Shown here piece after piece: positions 19,348 through 29,871 of a DNA stretch of 64,000 bases (the first letter of the stretch is position 1; the number at the start of each line of letters is the position of its first letter). The notes under the pieces were generated by a model that was not told the origin of the DNA, made no database searches, and worked only from the letters and a program-made list of their open reading frames with translations. This DNA comes from an uncultured Gammaproteobacteria bacterium (GTDB taxonomy: Bacteria > Patescibacteriota > Microgenomatia > UBA8517): assembly GCA_964395115.1 (NCBI GenBank), contig CAYMZX010000001.1:14751-78750 (forward strand), read 5' to 3'. The translations under genes and the position numbers were made by a program.

Positions 19348-20771
19348 CTCTTTTTTTTTATTCTCGCTCCCTTGGAAGTATCTTCAACCTTAAATCCTTT
19401 TTCTTCAATTTTCTTTCTAATCTCATCGGCCTTCTCGAAATTTCCCTCTTTTCTCAATATTTCTCTTTCGTCAACCAATTCTTGGATCTCCTGAGGGATT
19501 TCAAACTGAACAATTTCAGCCAACTTCAAACCCAGAATTTCATCAAAATATATCGCTAGTTCATATTTATCGTATGAAGGAATATTGCTTTTAATCATCT
19601 CCCAGAGAACCGCCAAGGCTTTTGGAGTATTTAAATCATTGTTAATTTCTGCAAGAAAACGATTCCTGTAAATTTCCACTTTCGCACTTTTTTCCAGCGA
19701 GAGCATTGTCCTCTGGTTTTCACTTTTAAAACTTAACAGTTGGCCGCGAAGGTTATCAAGCGCCTTCTGACTGGCAGAAAGCGCCTCCCAGGTAAAGTTT
19801 AAAGTATCGCGATAGTGAGCTGTTAAATACAGGTATTTCAGGGCCAATGGATCAAAACCTTTTTCTTCGATGTCGGAAACCGTAAAAACGTTTCCTAAAC
19901 TTTTGCTCATTTTTTCTCCATTAACCGTCAAAAAAGTTACATGTAGCCAATATTTTACGAACGGTTTGCCGGTCGCCGCTTCTGCTTGGGCAATTTCATT
20001 TGGATGGTGGATCTGTCTCAAGTCTTCTCCTCCGACATGAATATCAAAAGTTTCTCCAAGATATTTCATACTCATAGCCGAACACTCAATATGCCAACCT
20101 GGAAATCCTACCCCCCACGGACTGTTCCATTCCATTTGTCTTTTCTCATTTTTGGACGAAAATTTCCAAAGAGCGAAGTCTCTGGGGTTTTTCTTTTCTG
20201 GATTGGTTTCAACCCTAGCTCCTTCTTTTAGAACATCCATTGTTGAAAGCTTTCCATATTTCTCCCCTGTTTTTCTCTCAAAAACAACAGTATCAAAATA
20301 AATCCCATCAGATATTCTGTAAGTAAATCCTTTTTCCTCGAGTTTTTTAATCAATTCTATCTGCTCTTTTATATGGTCGGTTGCCTTAACGAGTTTATCA
20401 GGAGGGGTAAGATTCAATTTTTCGTAATCTCTAAGAAAAGCTTCGGTGTAAAAATTGGCAATATCCCAAGCGGTCCGCCTTTCTTTTCTGGCCGCCTTTT
20501 CAATTCGATCCTCACCTAAATCAGCATCTCCTAAGTTATCTCCCGTCAAATGGCCGACATCGGTAATATTCATAACAAAAACGACATCAAAATCTTGGAA
20601 TTTTAAGGTTCGCACTAAAGTATCCGTTAAAGTATAGGTTCGAAAGTTGCCTATAGAGGCGTAATCATAGACGGTCGGGCCACAAGAATAAACACCCGCT
20701 TTTCCTTCCTTTAGGGGCAAAAATTTTTCCTTTCTACGACTAAGAGAGTTTAATAAAAAGAGACTAGCCAC
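19344..20771 (-). CDS. cysS: Cysteine--tRNA ligase
   Basis: CGPTVY, SIGN (HIGH variant), DFALWK, GWHIECS, KMSKS. Likely GTG start at 20771. Confidence 0.96.
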   Translation of the reverse strand: MASLFLLNSLSRRKEKFLPLKEGKAGVYSCGPTVYDYASIGNFRTYTLTDTLVRTLKFQDFDVVFVMNITDVGHLTGDNLGDADLGEDRIEKAARKERRTAWDIANFYTEAFLRDYEKLNLTPPDKLVKATDHIKEQIELIKKLEEKGFTYRISDGIYFDTVVFERKTGEKYGKLSTMDVLKEGARVETNPEKKNPRDFALWKFSSKNEKRQMEWNSPWGVGFPGWHIECSAMSMKYLGETFDIHVGGEDLRQIHHPNEIAQAEAATGKPFVKYWLHVTFLTVNGEKMSKSLGNVFTVSDIEEKGFDPLALKYLYLTAHYRDTLNFTWEALSASQKALDNLRGQLLSFKSENQRTMLSLEKSAKVEIYRNRFLAEINNDLNTPKALAVLWEMIKSNIPSYDKYELAIYFDEILGLKLAEIVQFEIPQEIQELVDEREILRKEGNFEKADEIRKKIEEKGFKVEDTSKGARIKKKR

Positions 20772-20796
20772 AATTTTATTGTAGCAAATTTTATGG

Positions 20797-21246
20797 TTAG
20801 CCTGTCGGCGGAAGAGGTTTCTCGACTCTAGTCTTAAGACTTTCGGCTTTTTGCTTGGCTCCAAAACTAAAGAGCTTTCTCGAGGGCTTTGTCGAAATTG
20901 GCGGTATTTCTTTTTTCTTTATTAACCTTTCTTCTGCAATTAGTTTTTCCTGTTGTTCTGCCTTTTCCTGTTCTTCTCGCTTTTGCCTCTGAATTTCCTT
21001 AAGCTCCTGTTCGAGAGCCATAATAAGTCGACTATCTCTTCTTAAGATTCTCTCTTCTTCTGTCGGGGAAATCCCTTCTCCGGCAACAACGGTTTTCGGC
21101 CTCCTATTGGTGGTTAACTCAGCTTTTCTGCCTATCACCTGTTCTCTCGCCTGTTTCAAAACTTCTAATGGCTCCTGTGCTACTTGTCTGGCCGCCTGCA
21201 GGGCGATCGTTTTTGCCATTTTTGTTGTATCGGTCGCAACTTTCAT
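20797..21246 (-). CDS. Hypothetical charged coiled-coil protein
   Basis: ATGA overlap with the recR stop; K/E/Q-rich. Confidence 0.6.
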   Translation of the reverse strand: MKVATDTTKMAKTIALQAARQVAQEPLEVLKQAREQVIGRKAELTTNRRPKTVVAGEGISPTEEERILRRDSRLIMALEQELKEIQRQKREEQEKAEQQEKLIAEERLIKKKEIPPISTKPSRKLFSFGAKQKAESLKTRVEKPLPPTG

Positions 21247-21851
21247 ATTTCTTTTCTTCCTTGAAGGGATGAAATTAAGGTCGTTTCGTCGGCATACTCC
21301 AAATCTGCCCCCGTTGGAATCCCCATCCCTAATCGAGTAATTTTCAGTTCTTTATTGCCGGTGTTTAATTCTTTTAATTTTTTACTCAAAAACATTGCCG
21401 TTGCCTCACCTTCCATTGTCGGATTGGTAGCAATAATTACTTCTTTTATTTTTTTATTTACTCTTTTTATCAAATCTTTGACATAAAGTTCATCCGGCCC
21501 AATGTTTTCTAATGGTGAAATACTACCATGAAGCACATGGTAAACCCCCTTGTATTTCCCTGTTTTTTCGAAAGCTAAAATGTCGAGGGGTTCCTCTACC
21601 ACCATTATAACTTCTTGATTGCGATTTCTATCGCTACATATATGGCAAGGGTCTTGCTCGTCTATGTTTTTGCATATGGAGCACAGAATAGTGTCCTTTT
21701 TGAGACGGCCGAGAGACTTCGAAAAACTGTCAAGCTCAGTCTGAGGAACACGAAGAAGATAGAAGGACAATCTTTGAGCGGTTTTGGGTCCTATTCCAGG
21801 AAGTTTTTGAAAAGACTCTATTAGGGCAACAAGTGGTTTGGCAATTTTCAT
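21243..21851 (-). CDS. recR: Recombination mediator RecR
   Basis: LPGIGPKTAQRL, C4 zinc finger, YHVLHG, NPTMEGEATA. Confidence 0.97.
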   Translation of the reverse strand: MKIAKPLVALIESFQKLPGIGPKTAQRLSFYLLRVPQTELDSFSKSLGRLKKDTILCSICKNIDEQDPCHICSDRNRNQEVIMVVEEPLDILAFEKTGKYKGVYHVLHGSISPLENIGPDELYVKDLIKRVNKKIKEVIIATNPTMEGEATAMFLSKKLKELNTGNKELKITRLGMGIPTGADLEYADETTLISSLQGRKEI

Positions 21852-21859
21852 TCTCTGGC

Positions 21860-22141
21860 TTACACCTTGCCTAGAAGTCCGGAAAGTCCCCCTCCCATTT
21901 CGACCATCTTCTTAGCTGCTTCTTTTTGAACCTTTTTCAGAGCCTCGTTAATCAACTCGACCAAATCTCGTCTTTCTTCTCCATTCATCTCTATATATTG
22001 AATTTTCTGATCCCCAGAGACAACTACTTTAATTCCCCCTTTTTCGGCCGACTCCCTGATTTTTTCCAGCTCTTTCTGTAACGCAATAGCCTGAGAGCGC
22101 ATCTTTCTTAATTCGTTTAATTGCCTTACTTTGCCAAACAT
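21860..22141 (-). CDS. ybaB: YbaB/EbfC nucleoid-associated protein
   Basis: GGIKVVVSGDQKI...INEAL; located between dnaX and recR. Confidence 0.88.
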   Translation of the reverse strand: MFGKVRQLNELRKMRSQAIALQKELEKIRESAEKGGIKVVVSGDQKIQYIEMNGEERRDLVELINEALKKVQKEAAKKMVEMGGGLSGLLGKV

Positions 22142-22142
22142 T

Positions 22143-23624
22143 TTAATTTCCGAATATCTCCTCGGCGACCTTAATTATATCTTTATCTTCTTCTTCGGTC
22201 AAAATAGTCTCTTGCTTTTCAGCCTTTGGTATTTTTTTAGACGGCGGTTCTGTCAGTGTGCAGATTACTCTGATGCTGGGATGGCCCAAAACATGGGCCG
22301 CCACTTCCTCTAGTATCTTCCGGTGCATCCCCTCTTCAAGTTTTTCTTTATGAAAACGATAATAAACCCCTAAAGTTAAATCTTTACCGTCAAAACTGAT
22401 TGGCTTGGCAGCCCGGAGAAGAGCTTCTATCGAAGTATTGATGGGTTTAATAGTTGCTAGAAGCTCTCGCCAAACCTCTTCGGATAATTCTTTCAAATCT
22501 TTAATTGGCCGTTTCTCTTTTTCTGGTTCGGATTTCGGTACGGAGGTGTTCGCCGAAGAAGTTGATCTAATGCTTTTCTCCGGGGAGGTCACTCCAGATG
22601 TGCACCACTCAACAACGGCCAGTTCCAATGGCAATTGTTCAATCAGGGCTCCTTTTAGTTCTACTCCAGCCCTAGAAAAAAGATTAATCATAAACACTAT
22701 TTCATCTTTGCCTAGCTCCGGCAGAGTCTCTTCTCCTATCCCCATTTTAGCCAAAAGAGAGACTCTTAAATTCGCGAGGACATTTTCTGTGAGTTCCTGC
22801 ATCGAGACACCTTTAAGGGCAGCTCCTTCGATCAACGAAAGGCATTTTTTAGTGTCTTTAGCCAATAATGCCGCAATAAGGTCGTCAATATTGAAAACAG
22901 CGTGCTGAAGCAAATATTCCTTGATATCTTCGGATTTAAGAGAGCGTTTCTCAACAATAAGCTGTTCGAGAATCTTCACTGCATCTCTGAAAGAGCCTTC
23001 CGATTTCTCTGCAATAATTTCAAGCGATTCGTCATCTACTTTAATTTTTTCACCTTTAACCACCCTGGTTAGAGATCTCTTTATTTCTCCTACTGAGGCC
23101 TTTTTAAACAATACTTGGGTTGTTCTCGACCGAATTGTCTCTATCAGTTTTTCGGGATTAGTGGTAGCAAGAATGAAAACGACATGGTTTGGAGGTTCCT
23201 CCAAAGTTTTAAGGAGGGCGTTAGAGGCTTCGGTAGTCAACATGTGCGCCTCGTCGATAATATATATTTTTTTACGAGCTTTCGCTGGTGCTAGTTTTAC
23301 AGCTTCCCGCAAAGCTCTAATATCTTCGATCCCTCTATGGCTTGCAGCGTCAAGTTCAATTACATCCAAATTAGATCCTTTAGCAATTGACTTACACTGT
23401 TCACACTGGTCGCACGGTTCTTTTAATTCTTTTTGATTGTTCTCGCAGTTTACTATCTTAGCAATAATTCTGGCAGCCGAAGTCTTGCCGGTTCCTTTCG
23501 GACCTGCAAATAAAAATGCCTGAGGTATCTTTCCAGAAGAGACTATCTTTTTTAGAGATTCCCGAACATTTTCGGAATCTAGTTCCTCAAGTTTTTGTGG
23601 CCGATATTTTAAATAGTAGGTCAT
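22143..23624 (-). CDS. dnaX: DNA polymerase III subunit gamma/tau
   Basis: KYRPQ, GPKGTGKTS, DAASHRG, IIDEAHML, LKTLEEPP. Confidence 0.97.
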   Translation of the reverse strand: MTYYLKYRPQKLEELDSENVRESLKKIVSSGKIPQAFLFAGPKGTGKTSAARIIAKIVNCENNQKELKEPCDQCEQCKSIAKGSNLDVIELDAASHRGIEDIRALREAVKLAPAKARKKIYIIDEAHMLTTEASNALLKTLEEPPNHVVFILATTNPEKLIETIRSRTTQVLFKKASVGEIKRSLTRVVKGEKIKVDDESLEIIAEKSEGSFRDAVKILEQLIVEKRSLKSEDIKEYLLQHAVFNIDDLIAALLAKDTKKCLSLIEGAALKGVSMQELTENVLANLRVSLLAKMGIGEETLPELGKDEIVFMINLFSRAGVELKGALIEQLPLELAVVEWCTSGVTSPEKSIRSTSSANTSVPKSEPEKEKRPIKDLKELSEEVWRELLATIKPINTSIEALLRAAKPISFDGKDLTLGVYYRFHKEKLEEGMHRKILEEVAAHVLGHPSIRVICTLTEPPSKKIPKAEKQETILTEEEDKDIIKVAEEIFGN

Positions 23625-24011
23625 TTACTGGTGATGAATTCCTAAAAGGTGCTGGGCACCGTGTTTAACTAACTCAATTGCTTTTTGGTCAATCAATTTT
23701 CCCTCTTTTTTTGCTGCCTCAACTATTAAAGGATAACATACTATAATTTCTCCTAGGTGTACCACTCCGTCTGGCGGGTAGACAAATTTTAGGTCTTCTT
23801 CGCTCGAAACGAAAGATAAAACCTCGTGTAAGTTTTTGTCGTCAAGATATCTTTTCCCTATTTCTAGCATCTTTTTTCTGCCCACCACCGCTACTGACAC
23901 TTCGGCATCGGAAACGATTCCTTCTCTAGAAAAGAAATCTTCAAGGAAATCTTTAATTTTTTTTGAATCCACCGGGTAGTTGCCCTCCTTTTTGATACCG
24001 ACCTTGATCAT
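23625..24011 (-). CDS. ybeY: rRNA maturation RNase YbeY
   Basis: EVLSF, LGEI, HGAQHLLGIHH. Confidence 0.9.
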   Translation of the reverse strand: MIKVGIKKEGNYPVDSKKIKDFLEDFFSREGIVSDAEVSVAVVGRKKMLEIGKRYLDDKNLHEVLSFVSSEEDLKFVYPPDGVVHLGEIIVCYPLIVEAAKKEGKLIDQKAIELVKHGAQHLLGIHHQ

Positions 24012-24451
24012 TTTTGAAGCTTTTTGCGTACTAGTTCCGATACGCGTACCCCCTCCGCCCTACCACGAACTTCTGCCATAACTGCCCCCATAACTTTACC
24101 TATATCGGCCAGACTAAAGGCCTTAGTCTTCCTGATAACTTGGTTTACTATTTTTTCCAACTCTCCATCCGATAACTGCTCGGGTAAAAATTCAGAAAGG
24201 ATGGATATTTCCTGCTTTTCTTTCTCTACCCTCTCCGTCGCCCCCGCTTTTTGATAAGCTTCGATTGCCTCTCTCCTTTTTTTTATTTCTTTTTGAACAA
24301 CGGCTATTTCTTCTTCGTCACTCAATTTATGTTGCTTGGTAATAAATTCATAATTAAGAGCCGAGGATAAAAGACGAAGAGTAGAAAGCCGAAGAGTATC
24401 TTTAGCTTTTAGCGCCTCGGCAATCTTTTCCTGGAGAGTTTCGGTAATCAT
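24008..24451 (-). CDS. GatB/YqeY domain protein
   Basis: KKRREAIEAY, FLPEQLS, IGKVMG, GRAEG. Confidence 0.92.
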   Translation of the reverse strand: MITETLQEKIAEALKAKDTLRLSTLRLLSSALNYEFITKQHKLSDEEEIAVVQKEIKKRREAIEAYQKAGATERVEKEKQEISILSEFLPEQLSDGELEKIVNQVIRKTKAFSLADIGKVMGAVMAEVRGRAEGVRVSELVRKKLQK

Positions 24452-24768
24452 ACTTCTCTGTCTGCTTTTACTCCTCCCAGAAGATGTACGTGCATATGGG
24501 GGACAATTGCCGCTTCTCCCGCGTTATGAACCAGTCTAAAGCCTTTGATATTTTTTTCTTTTGCGATATCGAGAGCGACTTTTCTTATCTCTTCCCAAAT
24601 TTTTTCGTCAGCCTCGGTAATATCTCGGTAGTGGGTTTTTGGAACTAAAAGAAGGTGGATCGGGGCTTTGGGAGAAATATCCGAAAAAACTAAAAGACTC
24701 TCTGTTTCTTTTTCTATTTTTGCTGGAATTTCTCTTTTTATTATTCGACAGAAAACGCAGTTTTCCAT
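24448..24768 (-). CDS. HIT family hydrolase
   Basis: CVFCRII, DISPKAPIH, HMHVH triad; start ATG 24768. Confidence 0.93.
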   Translation of the reverse strand: MENCVFCRIIKREIPAKIEKETESLLVFSDISPKAPIHLLLVPKTHYRDITEADEKIWEEIRKVALDIAKEKNIKGFRLVHNAGEAAIVPHMHVHLLGGVKADREV

Positions 24769-24818
24769 ATCGGCATCAGTATAAACACTTCTGGAAGTCT
24801 CGACAAGGGCCACGAAAA

Positions 24819-24853
24819 GGCCCCAAGCCCTAGTTCTATCAAGGCTTGGGGCC
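24819..24853 (-). terminator. Rho-independent terminator
   Basis: 11-bp stem GGCCCCAAGCC/GGCTTGGGGCC followed by TTTT on the minus strand. Confidence 0.8.
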
Positions 24854-25249
24854 CAACCCTATTTGCCATCTAAATACCGTTTTTCCTCGCCCGCTTTCTG
24901 AGCAGGTATCGGTATCGGAGGGGCTTCAGACAACCGCTTGTACCACATCGCTCAAACTGAACTTCTCCTCTATTCGGGGTCTGTCCAAGGATCCGTCTGG
25001 AGAAGTCTTTTCTTCATTTTCAAATGTTCCTCCTCCAAATTCGGTTCATCTTCGGACTCAAATAGGAATTTCCAGAAAATAAACGAGCACCACATAAGCG
25101 TGCATGCACCGATAATTAATGTAATGCGACCCGATATAACGAGATAAGCCTGTCGTCTACAATGCCCATCTTGACATCCTCCGTGTTCAGTAACTTTATG
25201 GAAAGAGCGACAGTTTGTAAGCCTATTATATACGATAGTAAGCGGGAAA

Positions 25250-26239
25250 TCAAATTAGGGAAACTATGGCTTTGGCAAGCTTTATGGGGCTATGGCGAAA
25301 AAAAGTGGTCGTATCGGTGAAGTTACCCGCTAAGACTTTATAAGAAGGACGTTCGGGTTTTGCGAATAATCTGGAAAGGTCATTGACAACAGGAATTGAA
25401 CCGTATTTTTTATACCACGCCGAGATTTTTGAATCGCTCCCGTTGGTTTTTTTATTAACAATAATATAAGTAAGTTTCCTTTTACTGTCCCCTAAATATT
25501 CTTCGATAGTTTCTACAAAGTCCGAGGCCGCGAAGCCGTCGGTCTCCCCTTTTTTGGTCATCAGATTAACTACATAAACAAGTTTTGCCTTGGATAAGTA
25601 AATGGCTTTATTTACCCCCTCTACCAAAAGGATAGGAACTAAACTTGTATATAAATCTCCGGGTCCAAGTACAATAAGGTCCGCGTTAGTAATCACCTCC
25701 GTCGTACCTTTAAAAATCTTTGCCTTGGGGTTTAGATATACCTTTTTTATAGGTATCTCGGGCTTTATTTTTCTTCTGTCTATTTTTGATTCTCCATAGA
25801 TTCTTGTCCCATCCTCCAAAACGGCTACCAGATTCGTTTTGTCCAAAGTAACGGGAAAAACTCTTCCTGAAGCGTTTAATATCCTTGCAGCTTCATCGAT
25901 AGCTCGATCCATACTTCCCGTAATTTGTACCAACGCCGCAAGCAAAATATTTCCAAGAGAATGTCCAGCCAGAGTTCTACCACCTTCGAACCGAAAATCA
26001 AATATCTCCTCGAGTGTCTTTTGGGCAAAAGGTAAATCCGAAAGGGCCAGTATGGCTCGTCTGACATCTCCCGGAGGTAATATTCCCAACTCTTTACGAA
26101 GTCTTCCGGTTGAGCCGCCAGAATCACACATAGAGATAACTGCCGAAAGCTCAATTGAGGGATAATTTTTTAAACCCGACAATACTTGATATGTTCCCGT
26201 ACCCCCTCCAACAACTACTATTTTCTTTTTTTTACCCAT
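25250..26239 (-). CDS. YvcK/GlmR family (CofD-like) protein
   Basis: GGGTG, DSGGSTGRLR, PPGDVR, HSLGN, GPGDLYTS. Confidence 0.93.
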   Translation of the reverse strand: MGKKKKIVVVGGGTGTYQVLSGLKNYPSIELSAVISMCDSGGSTGRLRKELGILPPGDVRRAILALSDLPFAQKTLEEIFDFRFEGGRTLAGHSLGNILLAALVQITGSMDRAIDEAARILNASGRVFPVTLDKTNLVAVLEDGTRIYGESKIDRRKIKPEIPIKKVYLNPKAKIFKGTTEVITNADLIVLGPGDLYTSLVPILLVEGVNKAIYLSKAKLVYVVNLMTKKGETDGFAASDFVETIEEYLGDSKRKLTYIIVNKKTNGSDSKISAWYKKYGSIPVVNDLSRLFAKPERPSYKVLAGNFTDTTTFFRHSPIKLAKAIVSLI

Positions 26240-27697
26240 TTAATAAGCTTGGCCGAAGTACCATGTTTTTTCAGCCACATTTCCGCAATAAATACATTTT
26301 CCACTTTGCCGTGAAGCATCTAGCGGAAGAAGCCTGGTAGAAGCTTTCGTTTCTTCTTTAATTTTTCTTTCGCACTCCGGCGATTCGCACCAAAAGGCCT
26401 GAATAAAACCTCTTTGTTTTTCTATTACCTCTTTGAAATCGTTATAATTATCTACTTTCCGAATGTTAGTATTAAGAAAATTTTTGGCCTTCTGATAGAT
26501 AATCTCCTGAATTTTCTCCAGAAGTTCCTCGACTTTGGCAGCAACATCGGAAGTTCTAGCCAAGCAACCTCCCACTTCGTCAATCCTCGAATTGATCGAA
26601 ACAACTCTTTCTTGAAACTCTCGGGGGCCGATGGTAATTCTTAACGGAATTCCTCTTATTTCGGCCCGGTTGACTTTCCAGCCGAAACTTTTCTCGGGAT
26701 TATCATCGATTTCAACTTTCCCGGGAAATACACTTTGTTTTTCCTCAATTACTTTTTTAATTTTAGCGCAATATTTGAGTATCTCTTGATCTTTTTTGCC
26801 TAGTATAGGAATTATGGCAACTTTTATGGGTGCGAGTTTGGGAGGAAGAACTAAACCTCGATCGTCTCCATGCATAAGAATCATTCCCCCTATTGAACGA
26901 GTCGATAATCCCCATGATGTCTGTTGTACAAAAACAGTTTTTCCGTCTTTATTCTGATATTTGATATCGAAACCTCTTGAGAAATTATCTCCTAGATGGT
27001 GAGAGGTTGCCCCCTGAAGAACTTTTCCGTCGGGCATTAAAAATTCAATTGTGTAAGTGTGATCAGCACCGGCAAATTTTTCGGCCTGACTTTTCAACCC
27101 TACTAACCCCGGCATGGCAAAAACCTCCTTGTAGAGTTCTCTGTAGACCTTAATGGCAAAAAGGGCCATCTCTTCAGCCTCTTTTTTCGTGGCATGGGCC
27201 GTATGTCCTTCTTGCCATAAAAATTCAAGTGTTCTTAAAAAAAAGTACGTCCTTTTTTCCCATCGGACAACATTATTCCATTGGTTAATCTTTAACGGCA
27301 AATCTCGCCAAGAGTTTATCCATTTGGCATACATCTCATACATTATTGTCTCTGAGGTTGGCCTGACGGCTAATGGCTCTTCCAGTTTTTTGCCACCACC
27401 GTGGGTAACAATAGCTAATTCCGGCGAAAAACCTTTTACATGCTCTTTTTCCTTTTCCAAAAGATGCATAGGGATGAATAAAGGAAAATAGGCGTTTTGT
27501 ACTCCTTCAACGGCGATTCTTTTATCGAACTCCCTCTGGCAAAACTCCCAAATGGCGTATCCGTAAGGTCGAATTACCATTGTTCCTCTGACCGGACCAT
27601 AATCCGCTAGCTCGGCAAGTTGGATAACCTCCGTGTACCAGCGGGGAATGTTCTTGCTTTTTTTGGTCAACAACTTTTTTTCAAAATCGACGGTCAT
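26240..27697 (-). CDS. proS: Proline--tRNA ligase, archaeal/eukaryal type
   Basis: RPTSET, QWNNVVRWE, EFLWQEGHT, SWGLSTR; C-terminal zinc domain ending GQAY. Confidence 0.96.
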   Translation of the reverse strand: MTVDFEKKLLTKKSKNIPRWYTEVIQLAELADYGPVRGTMVIRPYGYAIWEFCQREFDKRIAVEGVQNAYFPLFIPMHLLEKEKEHVKGFSPELAIVTHGGGKKLEEPLAVRPTSETIMYEMYAKWINSWRDLPLKINQWNNVVRWEKRTYFFLRTLEFLWQEGHTAHATKKEAEEMALFAIKVYRELYKEVFAMPGLVGLKSQAEKFAGADHTYTIEFLMPDGKVLQGATSHHLGDNFSRGFDIKYQNKDGKTVFVQQTSWGLSTRSIGGMILMHGDDRGLVLPPKLAPIKVAIIPILGKKDQEILKYCAKIKKVIEEKQSVFPGKVEIDDNPEKSFGWKVNRAEIRGIPLRITIGPREFQERVVSINSRIDEVGGCLARTSDVAAKVEELLEKIQEIIYQKAKNFLNTNIRKVDNYNDFKEVIEKQRGFIQAFWCESPECERKIKEETKASTRLLPLDASRQSGKCIYCGNVAEKTWYFGQAY

Positions 27698-27704
27698 TTT
27701 TGGT

Positions 27705-28817
27705 TTATTTTATCACCGACTCAATAAATTTTGGGATTGATCCAGCAATAATCAGCCGTTGGATATCATGGGCTGTAATGGCCAGTAAAGCAAAAAGGAG
27801 TATCAACATTCCAATCGTGTGAGCAATGTTTTCAATTTTAGGGATGACCCTTCTTCCTAAAAAGACCTCTAAACCGATAAAAGCTACTCGACCACCGTCA
27901 AGCGCGGGAAAAGGAATAATATTCAGGATGGCCAAATTGACAGATAGAATTCCTATGAAGTTAATTAGAGACAGTATTCCGGCTTTGGTCGCTTCGCTAG
28001 TAACTGCAAAAATTCCGACCGGCCCAGCAACGTCTGTCGGCAAGCGTCCACCGAAAAGATCGCTAAAAATCTTTAAAAAACCTAATGTAACCGTCTTTCC
28101 CCAGAATAAGGCTTCTTTCGTTCCGTAGTATATCCCAAGAAAAGGCCTTATAAAAAGTGGTGGAAAATAAATCTGAATGTCTGTAATCGTAACTCCTAAT
28201 GGCCCTTCGCCCTCCGGTGGTGACTCTCTAGGAATCAAAGTTATCTTTTTGGTTTCATTCTTTTCTTCACCTTCCCTTATAACTTCAAGGGATATTTTTT
28301 CCCCTTTTTCTTTTTCAACCAACTTGATAAATTGCCTATTCGAGGTTATTTCCTCGTCGCCCACTTTCTTAACAATATCTCCAACAATTATTCCTGCAGT
28401 CTGAGCCGGCGAACCGCTAGCAATTTCAACTACTTTTACCGTATTGGTTTGGCGAGGAATTCCAGAAATAGAATAGACAATAGCAAAAGCCAGTATCCCG
28501 AGGACAAAATTCATTAGTACCCCCGCAATTATAATAGCCAGTCGTGTTTTTTTGCTTTTTTTGGAAAAGGAATTTTGGGAGTAAGTCGCTTTGTCACCCC
28601 CCGATTCTCCATAAAGTTTGACAAATCCACCGAATGGCAAAAGATTAATGGAATAAATTGTTTTTCCTTTTTTTATTCCAAAAAGCCTGGGTGGTAGTCC
28701 AAAGCCAAATTCTTCCACCAAAACCCCGCTGTGTCTGGCCATTAGAAAATGACCAAGTTCGTGGGCCAAAATTAAAATTGAGAGAACTGCCAGAAATGCC
28801 AAAATCGAGCCAACCAT
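27705..28817 (-). CDS. rseP: RseP-like M50 intramembrane metalloprotease with a PDZ domain
   Basis: HELGH, PFGGFV, AGPVGI, NIIPFPALDGG. Confidence 0.93.
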   Translation of the reverse strand: MVGSILAFLAVLSILILAHELGHFLMARHSGVLVEEFGFGLPPRLFGIKKGKTIYSINLLPFGGFVKLYGESGGDKATYSQNSFSKKSKKTRLAIIIAGVLMNFVLGILAFAIVYSISGIPRQTNTVKVVEIASGSPAQTAGIIVGDIVKKVGDEEITSNRQFIKLVEKEKGEKISLEVIREGEEKNETKKITLIPRESPPEGEGPLGVTITDIQIYFPPLFIRPFLGIYYGTKEALFWGKTVTLGFLKIFSDLFGGRLPTDVAGPVGIFAVTSEATKAGILSLINFIGILSVNLAILNIIPFPALDGGRVAFIGLEVFLGRRVIPKIENIAHTIGMLILLFALLAITAHDIQRLIIAGSIPKFIESVIK

Positions 28818-28841
28818 AGCCTAATGATATCCCAAATCCTT

Positions 28842-29396
28842 CTAAAGCGTAAGCAGTTCTTTCTTCTTCTTCAATCCTATTTCCTCGATACTATTAGTAA
28901 ACTCGTCGGTAATCTCCTGTAATTTCTTTTCATTGCCAAACTTTTCATCCTCGGAAATTTCCTTGGCCTCAAACCTTTTTTTAATTTCACGCATCGCTTC
29001 CGCCCTCACCTGCCTGATCATTATTCGACCACTCTCTAATTTTGCAGCCAAAAGTTTGATATACCTTTCCCTATCTTCGGTTGTCATCGGAGGGAATGAT
29101 ATTCTGATTATTCCGCCATCTATGGAAGGGTTCATTCCGATATTGGCCGCTTGTATTCCTTGTCTTATTTCACCGATAATGGACTTGTCCCACGGGTCAA
29201 TAATCAATGTTTGTGGATCAGAAGTTGAAATAGTTGCCAATTCCTTTATTTTGAGCTTCTGGGTTCCACCATACACAGGAATTTCTATGTTTTCAACCAG
29301 AGAAGGAGTCGCCCGACCGGTCCTAATTGATCCAACGTCGGAAACTAGCAGATCAAGAGCCTGTTGCATTTTTGAACGAATATAAACTTCGTCCAT
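28842..29396 (-). CDS. frr: Ribosome recycling factor
   Basis: IRTGRATP, PWDKS, PPMTTEDR, ISEDE. Start ATG 29396. Confidence 0.96.
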   Translation of the reverse strand: MDEVYIRSKMQQALDLLVSDVGSIRTGRATPSLVENIEIPVYGGTQKLKIKELATISTSDPQTLIIDPWDKSIIGEIRQGIQAANIGMNPSIDGGIIRISFPPMTTEDRERYIKLLAAKLESGRIMIRQVRAEAMREIKKRFEAKEISEDEKFGNEKKLQEITDEFTNSIEEIGLKKKKELLTL

Positions 29397-29403
29397 ATGA
29401 GAT

Positions 29404-29871
29404 TTATTTACCGTTCTCACCTAATCTTATGCGAAAAACTCTTCCGACGCGAACATTTTCTCCGGTCTTGGCTATGATTTCTTTAACCAAGTCCCCAACC
29501 TTTTTGGTCGGATCTTTGATAAATTCCTGTTCTAAAAGCTCCTCGGAATTTTTTGCTCCCGAAGAAGCAGCTTGGAGCGCCAAATTATGGGCTAACTCAC
29601 GAAAAAGTTCGTTCCTAGCGACAAAATCAGTCTCGCAAAAAAGTTCAACTAGGCTGGCAACTTTACCGGAGTGGTGAACATAGGTCTCGATCAGCCCCTG
29701 AGTAGTTTCTCTATTTTTTCTTTTCTCAGCTTTTTCAAAACCTTCTTTCTGTAAAATCTCGAAGGCTTTTTTTTCATTCCCAGCAACCTCTTCTAGAACT
29801 TTCTTGACCCTGATGACTGGAGCCCCTGTTCGTTCTCTTAACTTTCTAATGAGATCAATGGAAATTTTCAT
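29404..29871 (-). CDS. tsf: Elongation factor Ts (short form)
   Basis: LRERTGA, ELFCETDFVAR, GENV; 155 aa. Confidence 0.95.
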   Translation of the reverse strand: MKISIDLIRKLRERTGAPVIRVKKVLEEVAGNEKKAFEILQKEGFEKAEKRKNRETTQGLIETYVHHSGKVASLVELFCETDFVARNELFRELAHNLALQAASSGAKNSEELLEQEFIKDPTKKVGDLVKEIIAKTGENVRVGRVFRIRLGENGK

